Origin: Candidatus Forterrea multitransposorum CG_2015-17_Forterrea_25_41
Lineage (GTDB): Archaea; Iainarchaeota; Iainarchaeia; Iainarchaeales; CSSED10-239
Direction of reading: 5' to 3'
DNA: 64,000 nucleotides
Assembly (NCBI GenBank): GCA_009392915.1
Contig: CP045477.1
Location: forward strand, 128,001 to 192,000
A model generated the notes under the pieces. That model worked only from the letters and a program-made list of their open reading frames with translations, was not told where the DNA came from and did no database searches. Both the position numbers and the translations under genes were made by a program. This document shows positions 38,870 through 47,519 of the stretch, piece by piece. The stretch's first letter is position 1; each line of letters opens with the position of its first letter.

Positions 38870-39128
38870 GTATGTTTTTCACATTTAATCTATTATATAA
38901 ATATAATATAGAACAATAATGTTTATATATAGTTTGATACTATATATTTTATAGTAGAGAATATATTTGTTTTTAGATATAAGATGTTCTACAGTTTATT
39001 ATTAAATTATAAATTAAACATAAATTATTAAAAAGAAGAAAAGTACTTTTAAAAAAATAAAAGAACTTTTTTATAAAAAAACTTAAACAATTAAATTAAT
39101 CTTTTAAAAGTTATTTAAAATAAATAGT

Positions 39129-39362
39129 ATGACTAAAAATTTACAGTTAAAAGCAGGCGAAATTATTGAAGTTACTGTGGTATGTAATTCAAAGTTTCAA
39201 GAGATTCAGAAGTTATCAGAAATTTACAAAATAAGGCTTAAATCACAAGCTATTAAAGGAAAAGCCAATAAAGAGTTAAAGGAATATTTTAAGTCTTTAG
39301 GGTATTTAGTAGAAATAGTTAAAGGAGAAAGGTCAAACCATAAGTATATTAAAATTTTATAG
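39129..39362 (+). CDS. DUF167/UPF0235 (YggU-like) protein
   Basis: ..LKSQAIKGKANKELKEYFKSLGYLVEIVKGERSNHKYIKI matches the DUF167 consensus (GkAN...l...v.iv.G..sr.K.i.i). Confidence 0.5.
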   Translation: MTKNLQLKAGEIIEVTVVCNSKFQEIQKLSEIYKIRLKSQAIKGKANKELKEYFKSLGYLVEIVKGERSNHKYIKIL

Positions 39363-39515
39363 TTTGGTTTTTTATTTAAGTATTTCATAGTTTTTTTATA
39401 AAAAAATATTTGTTTTTTTAAAATCATTTGTTTTCTTTAAAAGATTTTTATTTCTTTTAACAAAAATCTTCTTTTTTTTAGTTTATAGAGAAAATACATT
39501 ACAGGTGATTTTAAA

Positions 39516-41327
39516 ATGGGTAAAACTTATTTAGAAACAATTAAATATTTAATTGTTGCAGATTTTCAAGTAGATGGTTTAGTTGAAAAACCAGATGTTA
39601 TTGGTGCTATTTTTGGACAATCTGAAGGTCTTTTAGGTTCACAACTTGATATTAAAGAACTTCAACAGAATGGAAAAATAGGAAGAATAGAAATTACAAC
39701 TAGTCATAATAACAATAAAACTTTTGGAACTTTAAAACTTCCATGTTCTCTTTCAATGGTTGAAACTGTAATCATAGGTGCATCTATTGAATCTATTGAT
39801 AAAGTTGGTCCATGTGACACTAGATTTACTATTAAGAAAGTAGAAGATACAAGAGGACTTAAAAGAAAACAAATTAAAGATAGAGCAATTGATCTTTTAG
39901 GAAAATTAATGCAAGAAGAAATTCCTGACACAAAAGAGCTTATGGAAGAAATTGTTGATACTTTTAAAACAAAAGAAATTGTTTTTTATGGTCCAGATAA
40001 ACTTCCAGCAGGCCCAACAATTGATGCAAATAAAGAAATTATTATTGTTGAAGGAAGAGCAGATGTAATAACTATGTTAAAATATGGATTTACAAATGTT
40101 ATTTCAACTGGTGGTGCTAGAGTTCCAGCTTCTCTTGCAAATATTTGTAAAGATAAAATGGTAACTTTATTTTTAGATGGAGATAGAGGTGCTGATATTC
40201 AACAAAATCAACTTGTAAGAGCAATTAAAGTTGATTATATTGCAAGAGCTCCAGATGGAAAAGAAGTTGAAGAATTAACACAAAAAGAAATTAATCAAGC
40301 ACTTAGAAGAAGAATTAAATCAACTTTTGTTTTAGATTTAAAAGATAAAAGTAAAGATGATAGAAATTCTAAAAGTTTTTCAACTCAACCAAATATTGTT
40401 AAAAATACTAAATTTTCAACAACAAATGATCATAAAGTAATTTCTTCAAGACCAAGCTTTGATTCAAGACCTAAGTTTGATGGAAATAGAAGAGATGATA
40501 GAAGAGATGATAGAAGAGATGATAGGTTTAAAGAAAAACCTGTAAATGATTTTTCAAGTATGCTTTCAAATATTCCTGATGTTGAAAGAATTGATGTTTC
40601 TAATGAAAGATCTAACTTTAGAGATAATAATAGAAATAAACATAATTCATTTCAAAAAGAAAGACCAAACTATGATAGAAACTCTAAATTTGATTCTTCT
40701 AAAAAGACTTTTGATTCTAAAAAGACTTTTGATTCAAGAAAACCTTTTGACTCAAAAAATAATTTAGAGGCTGATAAAGCATTAAATAAACCTTCTCAAA
40801 CTAAAATAACTTTAAAAGATAGACTTGAGAGTGCTTTAAAAGAATTTGATAGTAAATCACAAGGAGATAAGTCTTTAAAAGAAAGTGTTTCTGAATCTAT
40901 TGATAAAAAAATAAATACTTCTCTAAAAACTGAAGCTTCTTATCCTGTAAAAGCAGCTGAAGCTTTAAATAAACCAAAAGAAGAAGTTAAAGTAGAGGTT
41001 AAAAAGAAAAAACCTCTTGCAAAGATTACAGAAAAAAGTAAAAAGAATTTTTTAAAGATTCTAGAAGAAGTTGATGGTAAAGGACAATCTAGAATTTTAA
41101 ATGAAAAATTAAGAAGGATAGGAAGTTCAAAGAGTAGTGAACTTTTATCTAAAATAAAATCTTTTAAAACTGGTAAGATTTTTGCAGTTGTAACTGATCT
41201 TGAAGTTGATGTTGAGATTTTAAAACTTTTAAAAGAAAAAGATGCTTCTTTTATTGTTTCTCCAAAATCTAAAATTAAAGAAGATCAAGAGATAAACATT
41301 GTAACTTACAATGAATTAAAGAAATAG
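39516..41327 (+). CDS. dnaG: Archaeal DNA primase DnaG (Toprim) with a long low-complexity C-terminal extension
   Basis: N-terminal KYLIVADFQVDGLVEKPDVIGAIFGQSEGLLG and the Toprim IIVEGRADV..DGDRGAD. The C-terminal about 280 aa is R/D/K/S-rich with (RRDD)x3 and (KKTFDS)x3 repeats. Confidence 0.75.
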   Translation: MGKTYLETIKYLIVADFQVDGLVEKPDVIGAIFGQSEGLLGSQLDIKELQQNGKIGRIEITTSHNNNKTFGTLKLPCSLSMVETVIIGASIESIDKVGPCDTRFTIKKVEDTRGLKRKQIKDRAIDLLGKLMQEEIPDTKELMEEIVDTFKTKEIVFYGPDKLPAGPTIDANKEIIIVEGRADVITMLKYGFTNVISTGGARVPASLANICKDKMVTLFLDGDRGADIQQNQLVRAIKVDYIARAPDGKEVEELTQKEINQALRRRIKSTFVLDLKDKSKDDRNSKSFSTQPNIVKNTKFSTTNDHKVISSRPSFDSRPKFDGNRRDDRRDDRRDDRFKEKPVNDFSSMLSNIPDVERIDVSNERSNFRDNNRNKHNSFQKERPNYDRNSKFDSSKKTFDSKKTFDSRKPFDSKNNLEADKALNKPSQTKITLKDRLESALKEFDSKSQGDKSLKESVSESIDKKINTSLKTEASYPVKAAEALNKPKEEVKVEVKKKKPLAKITEKSKKNFLKILEEVDGKGQSRILNEKLRRIGSSKSSELLSKIKSFKTGKIFAVVTDLEVDVEILKLLKEKDASFIVSPKSKIKEDQEINIVTYNELKK

Positions 41328-41360
41328 TTTTTTTTAAAAAAATAAAAAAAAAGAAAGAAA

Positions 41361-41789
41361 TTATTTCTTTTTCTTTCTTACTACTTTTTTCTTTTTAGTA
41401 GTTGGTTTTACAATTGCTTTAACTTTTGTTTCTTTTACTTTTTTTGTTTCTGTTTTATTTCTTTTACTTGAGATATATAAAAAGTCTCCAAGTATTATTA
41501 AAAGAACAGCAAGTAAAACATTAATTATTTGTCTTATATAGATTTTAAGGTATTGTCCTGTTGTAAACTCTACTTGGTTTGTTCTAATTGCAATTCCAAG
41601 TCCTTCAGATACATTTTCTTTACAGATATCTAATACTTCTGGTTGATATTTTGAAACTTCAATACAGTTACTATATTGGTCCATAAAGTCTATATCGTTA
41701 AAAATATTAGTAATTGATAAAAGTAAGAAAAATATACCAAAAACAAATATAAAAGCTCCAATTACTTTTAAAATATTATTTTTTTCCAT
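41361..41789 (-). CDS. Small membrane protein with a lysine-rich C-terminal tail (hypothetical)
   Basis: Two TM segments; the tail is TKKKKVVRKKKK. Confidence 0.3.
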   Translation of the reverse strand: MEKNNILKVIGAFIFVFGIFFLLLSITNIFNDIDFMDQYSNCIEVSKYQPEVLDICKENVSEGLGIAIRTNQVEFTTGQYLKIYIRQIINVLLAVLLIILGDFLYISSKRNKTETKKVKETKVKAIVKPTTKKKKVVRKKKK

Positions 41790-41968
41790 TTTTAAATCAC
41801 CTTTTTATTATAAACTATAATAATACATAAGATTATAGTTTATTTAAATCTTTTGTTTTTGTATAGATCTTTTGTGTATAATAAAAAGAAATACCTTTTT
41901 ATATCTTTTCTATATTAAATATATTACTTAAAATCTTTTTTTAAAAAGCAAAAGATTAAATCAAAAAA

Positions 41969-42041
41969 GGTTCTGTGGTCTAGTGGTTATGATATCGCCC
42001 TTACAAGGCGAGGATCGGCGGTTCGAATCCGCCCAGAACCA
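41969..42041 (+). tRNA. tRNA-Val (anticodon UAC)
   Basis: Acceptor GGTTCTG/CAGAACC, anticodon stem TCGCC/GGCGA, loop CUUACAA, T-arm GGCGG-TTCGAAT-CCGCC. Confidence 0.8.
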
Positions 42042-42115
42042 CTTTTTAAAATCTCTTTTTATTAAAAATATAATATTAATTTATTTTATAAATATTATGG
42101 TATACTATTTTTCTT

Positions 42116-43897
42116 ATGAAATTTAAAATTATTTTACTTATATTTTTATTATTAATTACTCCTTTAGGATATCTTGAAGAAACAGATAGTCAATCTTTAG
42201 ATTTTGATGTAATAAAAACAAAATTTATGGATGTTAATGTTTCAATTGAAATTCCAATATATCTTGATCAATATTCTCAAGAATCTTCTTTTGTCTTAAC
42301 TACTCCTGTTTTTGTAACAACTAATTCTCAATCAGTAGACTTAGAGGCTTATTATTTAGAAAATGGACAAAAAGTTTATGCAGATTACAGTGAAGATGAA
42401 TATGGTAATAAATTTGCAATTTTTGATATTAAAAAAATAACTAAAGCTCAATATTCTTTTTTTGTAGATGCAAGAATAGTTTCTGAAAATAAAATTATTT
42501 TTGCAGAAGATGTTTTTTCTCTTGAAAATGAAATTACTGATTTTAAGGAATATAAAGCTTCAACAAGATATATTAATTCAGATAGTAGTGAAATTATTTC
42601 AATGGCAAATTATTTAAAAAAATCAGATAATGCTTTAAAAGAACTTACAAATATTATTGATTGGACTTATAATTTTGTCGAATATGATTTAAGTTATTCA
42701 GATAAAACTGTTGAAGCAGTAAATGTTTTATCAGAAAGAAAAGGAGTTTGTTCAGAGTTTGCAATTCTTGCAGCTGCTATCTTAAGAGAAAGAGGTTTTC
42801 CTACAAGATATGTGACAGGTTATGCAAATAGTACTCTTGATTGGCAAGCCCATGCATGGCTTGAAGTATACATCCCTGGACAAGGTTGGGTTCTTGCAGA
42901 TCCTACTTTTGGAGAAGTTGGTCTTGTTGATGCAAGTCATCTTTTAATTTCAAGATCTTTTGATCCTTCAGAAATTAAAGATAGAATAACTTCTTTTGGA
43001 AATGTATCTTTAAGATTTGGAGAAAAAAAAGCAAGCTTTAAGATTAATGATCATAAAAGTTTTTCAGATCTTGGATATTCAAATGCAATTTCTGTAAATT
43101 TTGATTTTCCTGAAAAAATAAAAGAAAATTCTGCTTTTTTTATAAAAGCAAATATTACAAATACAACCTCAAGAGCAATGTCTGTTTTTTTTATGTTAAA
43201 TACACATCAGGATTTTGAATTAATCTATCCTGAAAATACAGATAAAATAATATATCTTGAACCATTTAAAGAAGAAGTTTTAACTTTTTATTTAAAATCA
43301 AATGTTGATGTTCCAAATAATTATTATAAAACTTATAGTTTTAATCTTAAGTCACAAGTAACAGACTATAGTGGTTCTTTAAATATTTATAATGATGAAG
43401 GTTATTTTCAAGAAGCTTTTTTTGTAACAGCGCCTTTATTGTATGTTGATAAAGATGTTTTAAAATATAGTTTAGAAATTATTAATTTTACTGATGAAAA
43501 AAAAGTTTTAAATTTTGATTTTAATAACAATAATGTTTTAAGTTCTGAAATTATAGAGGTTCCAATTAATTCTACGTATGTTTTTGAAAAAGAATTTGGT
43601 GTTTTAAAAGATACTTCTTTTAGTTATTTAATTTCACAAGATTATGATCTTTCAAATAATTTTTTTATTTTTGATGATTCTATTGAAGAAAAAGAAGTTG
43701 TTGTAATTGATGGTAATGTTCAAGATCAAGTTAAGCCTTCTGAAAAAGATAATAATTTAGTTGTTTGGGAAGATGAAAAATTTCCTAAAGAAGAAACTTC
43801 TTCAAATAACTTAATTGGTATAATTATTGTGATTGTTTTTATTATTTTTACAATAGTTATTTTTGTTTCAAATAAGAAAAATAAAGAAGGTTTATAG
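42116..43897 (+). CDS. Transglutaminase-like cysteine-protease-domain protein, secreted with a C-terminal membrane anchor
   Basis: GVCSEFAILAAAILRERGFPTRYVTGY ... HAWLEVYIPGQGWVLADPT is the Cys-His-Asp transglutaminase core; N-terminal signal peptide and C-terminal TM helix GIIIVIVFIIFTIVIFV. Confidence 0.6.
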   Translation: MKFKIILLIFLLLITPLGYLEETDSQSLDFDVIKTKFMDVNVSIEIPIYLDQYSQESSFVLTTPVFVTTNSQSVDLEAYYLENGQKVYADYSEDEYGNKFAIFDIKKITKAQYSFFVDARIVSENKIIFAEDVFSLENEITDFKEYKASTRYINSDSSEIISMANYLKKSDNALKELTNIIDWTYNFVEYDLSYSDKTVEAVNVLSERKGVCSEFAILAAAILRERGFPTRYVTGYANSTLDWQAHAWLEVYIPGQGWVLADPTFGEVGLVDASHLLISRSFDPSEIKDRITSFGNVSLRFGEKKASFKINDHKSFSDLGYSNAISVNFDFPEKIKENSAFFIKANITNTTSRAMSVFFMLNTHQDFELIYPENTDKIIYLEPFKEEVLTFYLKSNVDVPNNYYKTYSFNLKSQVTDYSGSLNIYNDEGYFQEAFFVTAPLLYVDKDVLKYSLEIINFTDEKKVLNFDFNNNNVLSSEIIEVPINSTYVFEKEFGVLKDTSFSYLISQDYDLSNNFFIFDDSIEEKEVVVIDGNVQDQVKPSEKDNNLVVWEDEKFPKEETSSNNLIGIIIVIVFIIFTIVIFVSNKKNKEGL

Positions 43898-43965
43898 ATT
43901 ATTATATTTATAAAAATAGATATCAAATCTATTTATAAATATTTATCTTCTTAATTATAGTATAG

Positions 43966-44037
43966 GCACTCGTAGTATAGTGGTTAGTATGGGAGCTTGC
44001 CAAGCTTTCGGCCCGGGTTCGACCCCCGGCGAGTGCA
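43966..44037 (+). tRNA. tRNA-Gly (anticodon GCC)
   Basis: Acceptor GCACTCG/CGAGTGC, anticodon stem GGAGC/GCUUU (two G-U pairs), loop UUGCCAA, T-arm CCGGG-TTCGACC-CCCGG. Confidence 0.6.
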
Positions 44038-44128
44038 TCAACTGGTTATGCTCAGTTGACACGCAAAAATATCCAAGCTTGCAGGCGTTGTTGTCATGCA
44101 AAACTTGCTAAGCTTTAAGGCGTTTTTT
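44038..44128 (+). other. GC-rich structured trailer after tRNA-Gly; possible small RNA or integration scar
   Basis: Perfect 7-bp hairpin TCAACTG-N8-CAGTTGA. A second segment (CTTGCTAAGCTTTAAGGC) resembles the tRNA-Gly anticodon arm (CTTGCCAAGCTTTCGGC). The element ends in a T6 run. Confidence 0.25.
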
Positions 44129-44132
44129 ATAT

Positions 44133-44438
44133 ATGGTTAAAGATAAAAAAAAAGTTATTGAAAAAATAAATTTTTTAATCGATTTTGCAATTTCTCAAAA
44201 ACAAGAAAGTAATCCTTATATTTATGATTATATTAATATTTCTTTTAATTTAGCAAAAAAAATAAACTACAGGATGCCAAAAGAGATACATAGAAAAGTT
44301 TGCAAAAATTGTTTTTCTATAAGATCTTTAGAAAACACAAAGATTAGAACTTTAAGAGATAAGAAAAATGGTGTTATTGTAAAATCTATAAAGCTTCACT
44401 GTCTTTCCTGCAACCATATTAAAAAAATAAGAGTTTAA
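44133..44438 (+). CDS. rnp4: RNase P protein component Rpp21 (Rnp4)
   Basis: ..KINYRMPKEIHRKVCKNCFSIRSL...VIVKSIKLHCLSCNHIKKI is the Rpp21 zinc ribbon C-x2-C ... C-x2-C with the conserved basic stretch. Confidence 0.6.
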   Translation: MVKDKKKVIEKINFLIDFAISQKQESNPYIYDYINISFNLAKKINYRMPKEIHRKVCKNCFSIRSLENTKIRTLRDKKNGVIVKSIKLHCLSCNHIKKIRV

Positions 44439-44481
44439 TCTTCTTTATATGTTTAACACTCTTATATTTATTTTAAAATCT

Positions 44482-44590
44482 ATTTTTTTACAAAATCCTT
44501 ATATTTATAAATATTATGCCTAACATATAAGTATAATATATTTTAATAAATGATAGCTGATGTTTATAGATAGAATAAAAATTCAAAGAA
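44482..44590 (+). repeat. About 110-bp promoter/leader repeat, copy 1; identical copy at 47411-47519
   Basis: An identical string (AAAATCCTTATATTTATAAATATTATGCCTAACATATAAGTATAATATATTTTAATAAATGATAGCTGATGTTTATAGATAGAATAAAAATTCAAAGAAA) includes a TTTATAAA TATA box and the first 10 codons of the downstream gene. Confidence 0.85.
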
Positions 44591-46044
44591 AGGTACAACC
44601 TTTTTTTGAAAAAAATGTTAACGAAAAAAGAAAAGCTATTAGTCCACTTATAGCAACCATTCTTTTAGTGGTTGTTGCCATAGCTATAATCGGTATTGTT
44701 CTTTCCTGGGGTAAAGGTTTTACAAACACAACTCTTTCTTCTGCAGATAATATTAATACCAAAAATTCTTTCACAGGTCTTGTTTGGTCTTTTGAAACTT
44801 TTGGAAATAATGTCTTGGTTGAAAATAAATCAAAACAAGATTTAAACATTACTGGTTATACTATTAACTCTCTTGATCATAATGGTTTTTGGATAAACTC
44901 ATATCATCCTTTAGAAACTACTTTATCAATTTCTCCTGGAACTTCAAACAATGTTCCTTTGATCTGTATGCCTGAGGGAAAATTTATTTTAACTCTAAAG
45001 ACATCCTCAAATGAAAATATACCTCTTAACATCTCTCCTTCGAAAACACTTTTAGGAGGAACTTGTGAAGAATATAATGTTTCTCTTTGGGAATTTGCAG
45101 CAGAAACTGGAAGTTATGAGATTAATGAGATTGCTTTAGAGCAGGGTAATAATTATAGTAATTATAATTTTTTATTTAGTTGGACTGAAGTAAGTGCTAC
45201 TATAAATGATTCTAATACATTTAGTTCAACAAGTGTTGGTGGAATCACTAAGCAAACTACATGGATGGAGGTAGGTAAGAGATATAAATTAAAAATTTCA
45301 GGGACAACAACCGCTTCAGGAATAGTTATATTTTCTGGAAACAACGGAACATATATAGGTTCTTTAACTACTGGCAATTTTAGTCAAACATTTAAAAAAA
45401 CAATACTTGCTGTAAATCCTGGTTTAGACTTATATATAAGGAATTCATCAGCAGGAGTTACAACAATTACTGAATTGTCAGTAATAGAAATTCCTCCCCT
45501 TCCTGATTTTAACACAGGCACAAAATATTTACAAAATACTACTTCAGGAACAACTGCTATTGAAAGTAAACAAGCTTATGGTGAATGGGAGTTTGATGTT
45601 TATAAAGGTAGTACATTAACCAATTCATTTGTAAAAATAATCTCAGATGCCATAATAGGCAGCGTAGGTGGAAATTCTTATACTATTCAATTTAATGTAG
45701 ATGAAGCATTAAAGTTATGGAGAGGTGGCACTGCCATTATGAGTACAGCAAATTCCTACATCTCCAAAAACACTTGGTACAGAATAAAAGTAGCAAGACT
45801 TCAAAGTTCTGGAACATTTGCAATTATAGTTCCTTCGATGACCACAACCTATCCAAAAGACACATTTGCAGTTTTCATAAAAGGTGGGGAGTTTGGAGAT
45901 GATTGGACTTTAGTAGATACAACAGGTGGAAGTGGAACAAACCCTGTCACAGACTCTACATACACTACAAGCAATTATTTTGTTGCAGACCTTGATGTTG
46001 GAGATAGAATAGCAAATATTAAAATGAAGGAGAGTGTTGACTAA
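44560..46044 (+). CDS. Class-III-signal-peptide (archaeal type-IV-pilin-like) surface protein, paralog 1
   Basis: Leader ...EKRKA|ISPLIATILLVVVAIAIIGIVL is the prepilin-peptidase substrate motif (K/R-A/G then a hydrophobic helix); about 460-aa extracellular domain rich in Thr/Ser/Asn. Confidence 0.6.
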   Translation: MFIDRIKIQRKVQPFFEKNVNEKRKAISPLIATILLVVVAIAIIGIVLSWGKGFTNTTLSSADNINTKNSFTGLVWSFETFGNNVLVENKSKQDLNITGYTINSLDHNGFWINSYHPLETTLSISPGTSNNVPLICMPEGKFILTLKTSSNENIPLNISPSKTLLGGTCEEYNVSLWEFAAETGSYEINEIALEQGNNYSNYNFLFSWTEVSATINDSNTFSSTSVGGITKQTTWMEVGKRYKLKISGTTTASGIVIFSGNNGTYIGSLTTGNFSQTFKKTILAVNPGLDLYIRNSSAGVTTITELSVIEIPPLPDFNTGTKYLQNTTSGTTAIESKQAYGEWEFDVYKGSTLTNSFVKIISDAIIGSVGGNSYTIQFNVDEALKLWRGGTAIMSTANSYISKNTWYRIKVARLQSSGTFAIIVPSMTTTYPKDTFAVFIKGGEFGDDWTLVDTTGGSGTNPVTDSTYTTSNYFVADLDVGDRIANIKMKESVD

Positions 46045-46045
46045 A

Positions 46046-47383
46046 ATGTTTTCAAAAGTAAATAAAAAAGCTATTAGTCCACTTATAGCAACCATCCTTT
46101 TAGTGGTTGTTGCCGTAGCTATCATCGGTATTGTTCTTTCTTGGGGAAAAGGCTTTACAAACACAACTCTTTCAAAAGCTTCAAGTATTGAAGTTTATTC
46201 AGAATCAGAAATTGGTTTTTATTTAAATCTTCAAAACTCAATAAACGGAAGAACCACAGTTTCTTATAACCCTCCACAAAATACTACTTATAATAATCTA
46301 ACAATAGTTGGTTATGGCCTTTTAGGATATACAACAAACATAGTTCCTTTAGAACCTCCAATAACTATTTCAAAATCACAAACTGCAAATATTGATCATG
46401 GTATAATTTTACCTGAATTTGATTTAGTTTTATATTTAGATAACAATACTATGATAACTAAATTTAATTTAAAACAAGAAATTAAACAACCTTCTTCTTG
46501 TCCTGAAGGTTTTATTCCAGTTCCTGGAAATCATTTATATGGAACCATGAATGAAAGAGGTGGTTTTTGTGTAATGAAATATCATGCAAAAAATGACACT
46601 GGCTCAAAAATAAATTCAACTTGTATAACAGGTCTAGAAGGTTCTGATAGTAATCTAACAGTTAAATCAGTTCCAGAAATTGCTCCTTCAGTAAATATAA
46701 ATTATTGTGCTGCAAAAAAATCTTGTGAAAATTCAGGATATATTTTAATGAATAATTCTCATTGGATGACTATTGCAAGAAATATTGAACTAAATGAATT
46801 AAATTATGTTTCTGGAAATCTAGGTGAAGGCTTTATTTTTAGAGGGCATTATAATAATAATCCATCTTTAATTATTGAAGCAAATTCAGATGATTCAAAT
46901 AATTTTTATTTAATAAACAGTCCAAACTCAGATCAAAGAAGAACTTTATATTTATCTAATGGAGAAATAATTTGGGATTTTACTGGAAATGCATGGAATA
47001 TATTAGAAGATTTAGTTTTAATAAAGGATCATGCAGATGGTTTTTATACTTCTGATGATACTGAGTTTAATTCTGGTAATGATAATTTATTTCTAACGGA
47101 TTATTATAAAGGTAGTAATAATTATTATTTAAAATTTAATCAATTAGGTAATACTATTTTTAATTATAAAGATATTTATTTATTAAATTCAAAATACAAT
47201 GCTGTAAATAATGGTATTGGTATTTACCATGGAAATAGTAATAGAGGAAGTGTTTCTGAAACTATTACTTTTATGATGAGAGGTGGAGATAAACAAAATG
47301 GTCAATATTCTGGTTTAATGGAATTAACATTCCCTAATTTAAGTTCTAATGGAAATACAGTTGGATTTAGATGTGTGAAATAA
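46046..47383 (+). CDS. Class-III-signal-peptide surface protein, paralog 2 (short leader)
   Basis: MFSKVNKKA|ISPLIATILLVVVAVAIIGIVLSWGKGFTNTTLS is identical to the pilin module of paralogs 1 and 3. The remainder is unrelated and Cys-rich. ATG lies 2 nt after the paralog 1 stop; the track start at 46034 is a GTG. Confidence 0.55.
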   Translation: MFSKVNKKAISPLIATILLVVVAVAIIGIVLSWGKGFTNTTLSKASSIEVYSESEIGFYLNLQNSINGRTTVSYNPPQNTTYNNLTIVGYGLLGYTTNIVPLEPPITISKSQTANIDHGIILPEFDLVLYLDNNTMITKFNLKQEIKQPSSCPEGFIPVPGNHLYGTMNERGGFCVMKYHAKNDTGSKINSTCITGLEGSDSNLTVKSVPEIAPSVNINYCAAKKSCENSGYILMNNSHWMTIARNIELNELNYVSGNLGEGFIFRGHYNNNPSLIIEANSDDSNNFYLINSPNSDQRRTLYLSNGEIIWDFTGNAWNILEDLVLIKDHADGFYTSDDTEFNSGNDNLFLTDYYKGSNNYYLKFNQLGNTIFNYKDIYLLNSKYNAVNNGIGIYHGNSNRGSVSETITFMMRGGDKQNGQYSGLMELTFPNLSSNGNTVGFRCVK

Positions 47384-47410
47384 ATATATCTCTTTTTTTA
47401 AAAAATTATT

Positions 47411-47519
47411 AAAAATCCTTATATTTATAAATATTATGCCTAACATATAAGTATAATATATTTTAATAAATGATAGCTGATGTTTATAGATAGAATAAAA
47501 ATTCAAAGAAAAGAAAAAA
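47411..47519 (+). repeat. About 110-bp promoter/leader repeat, copy 2
   Basis: Identical to 44482-44590. Confidence 0.85.
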
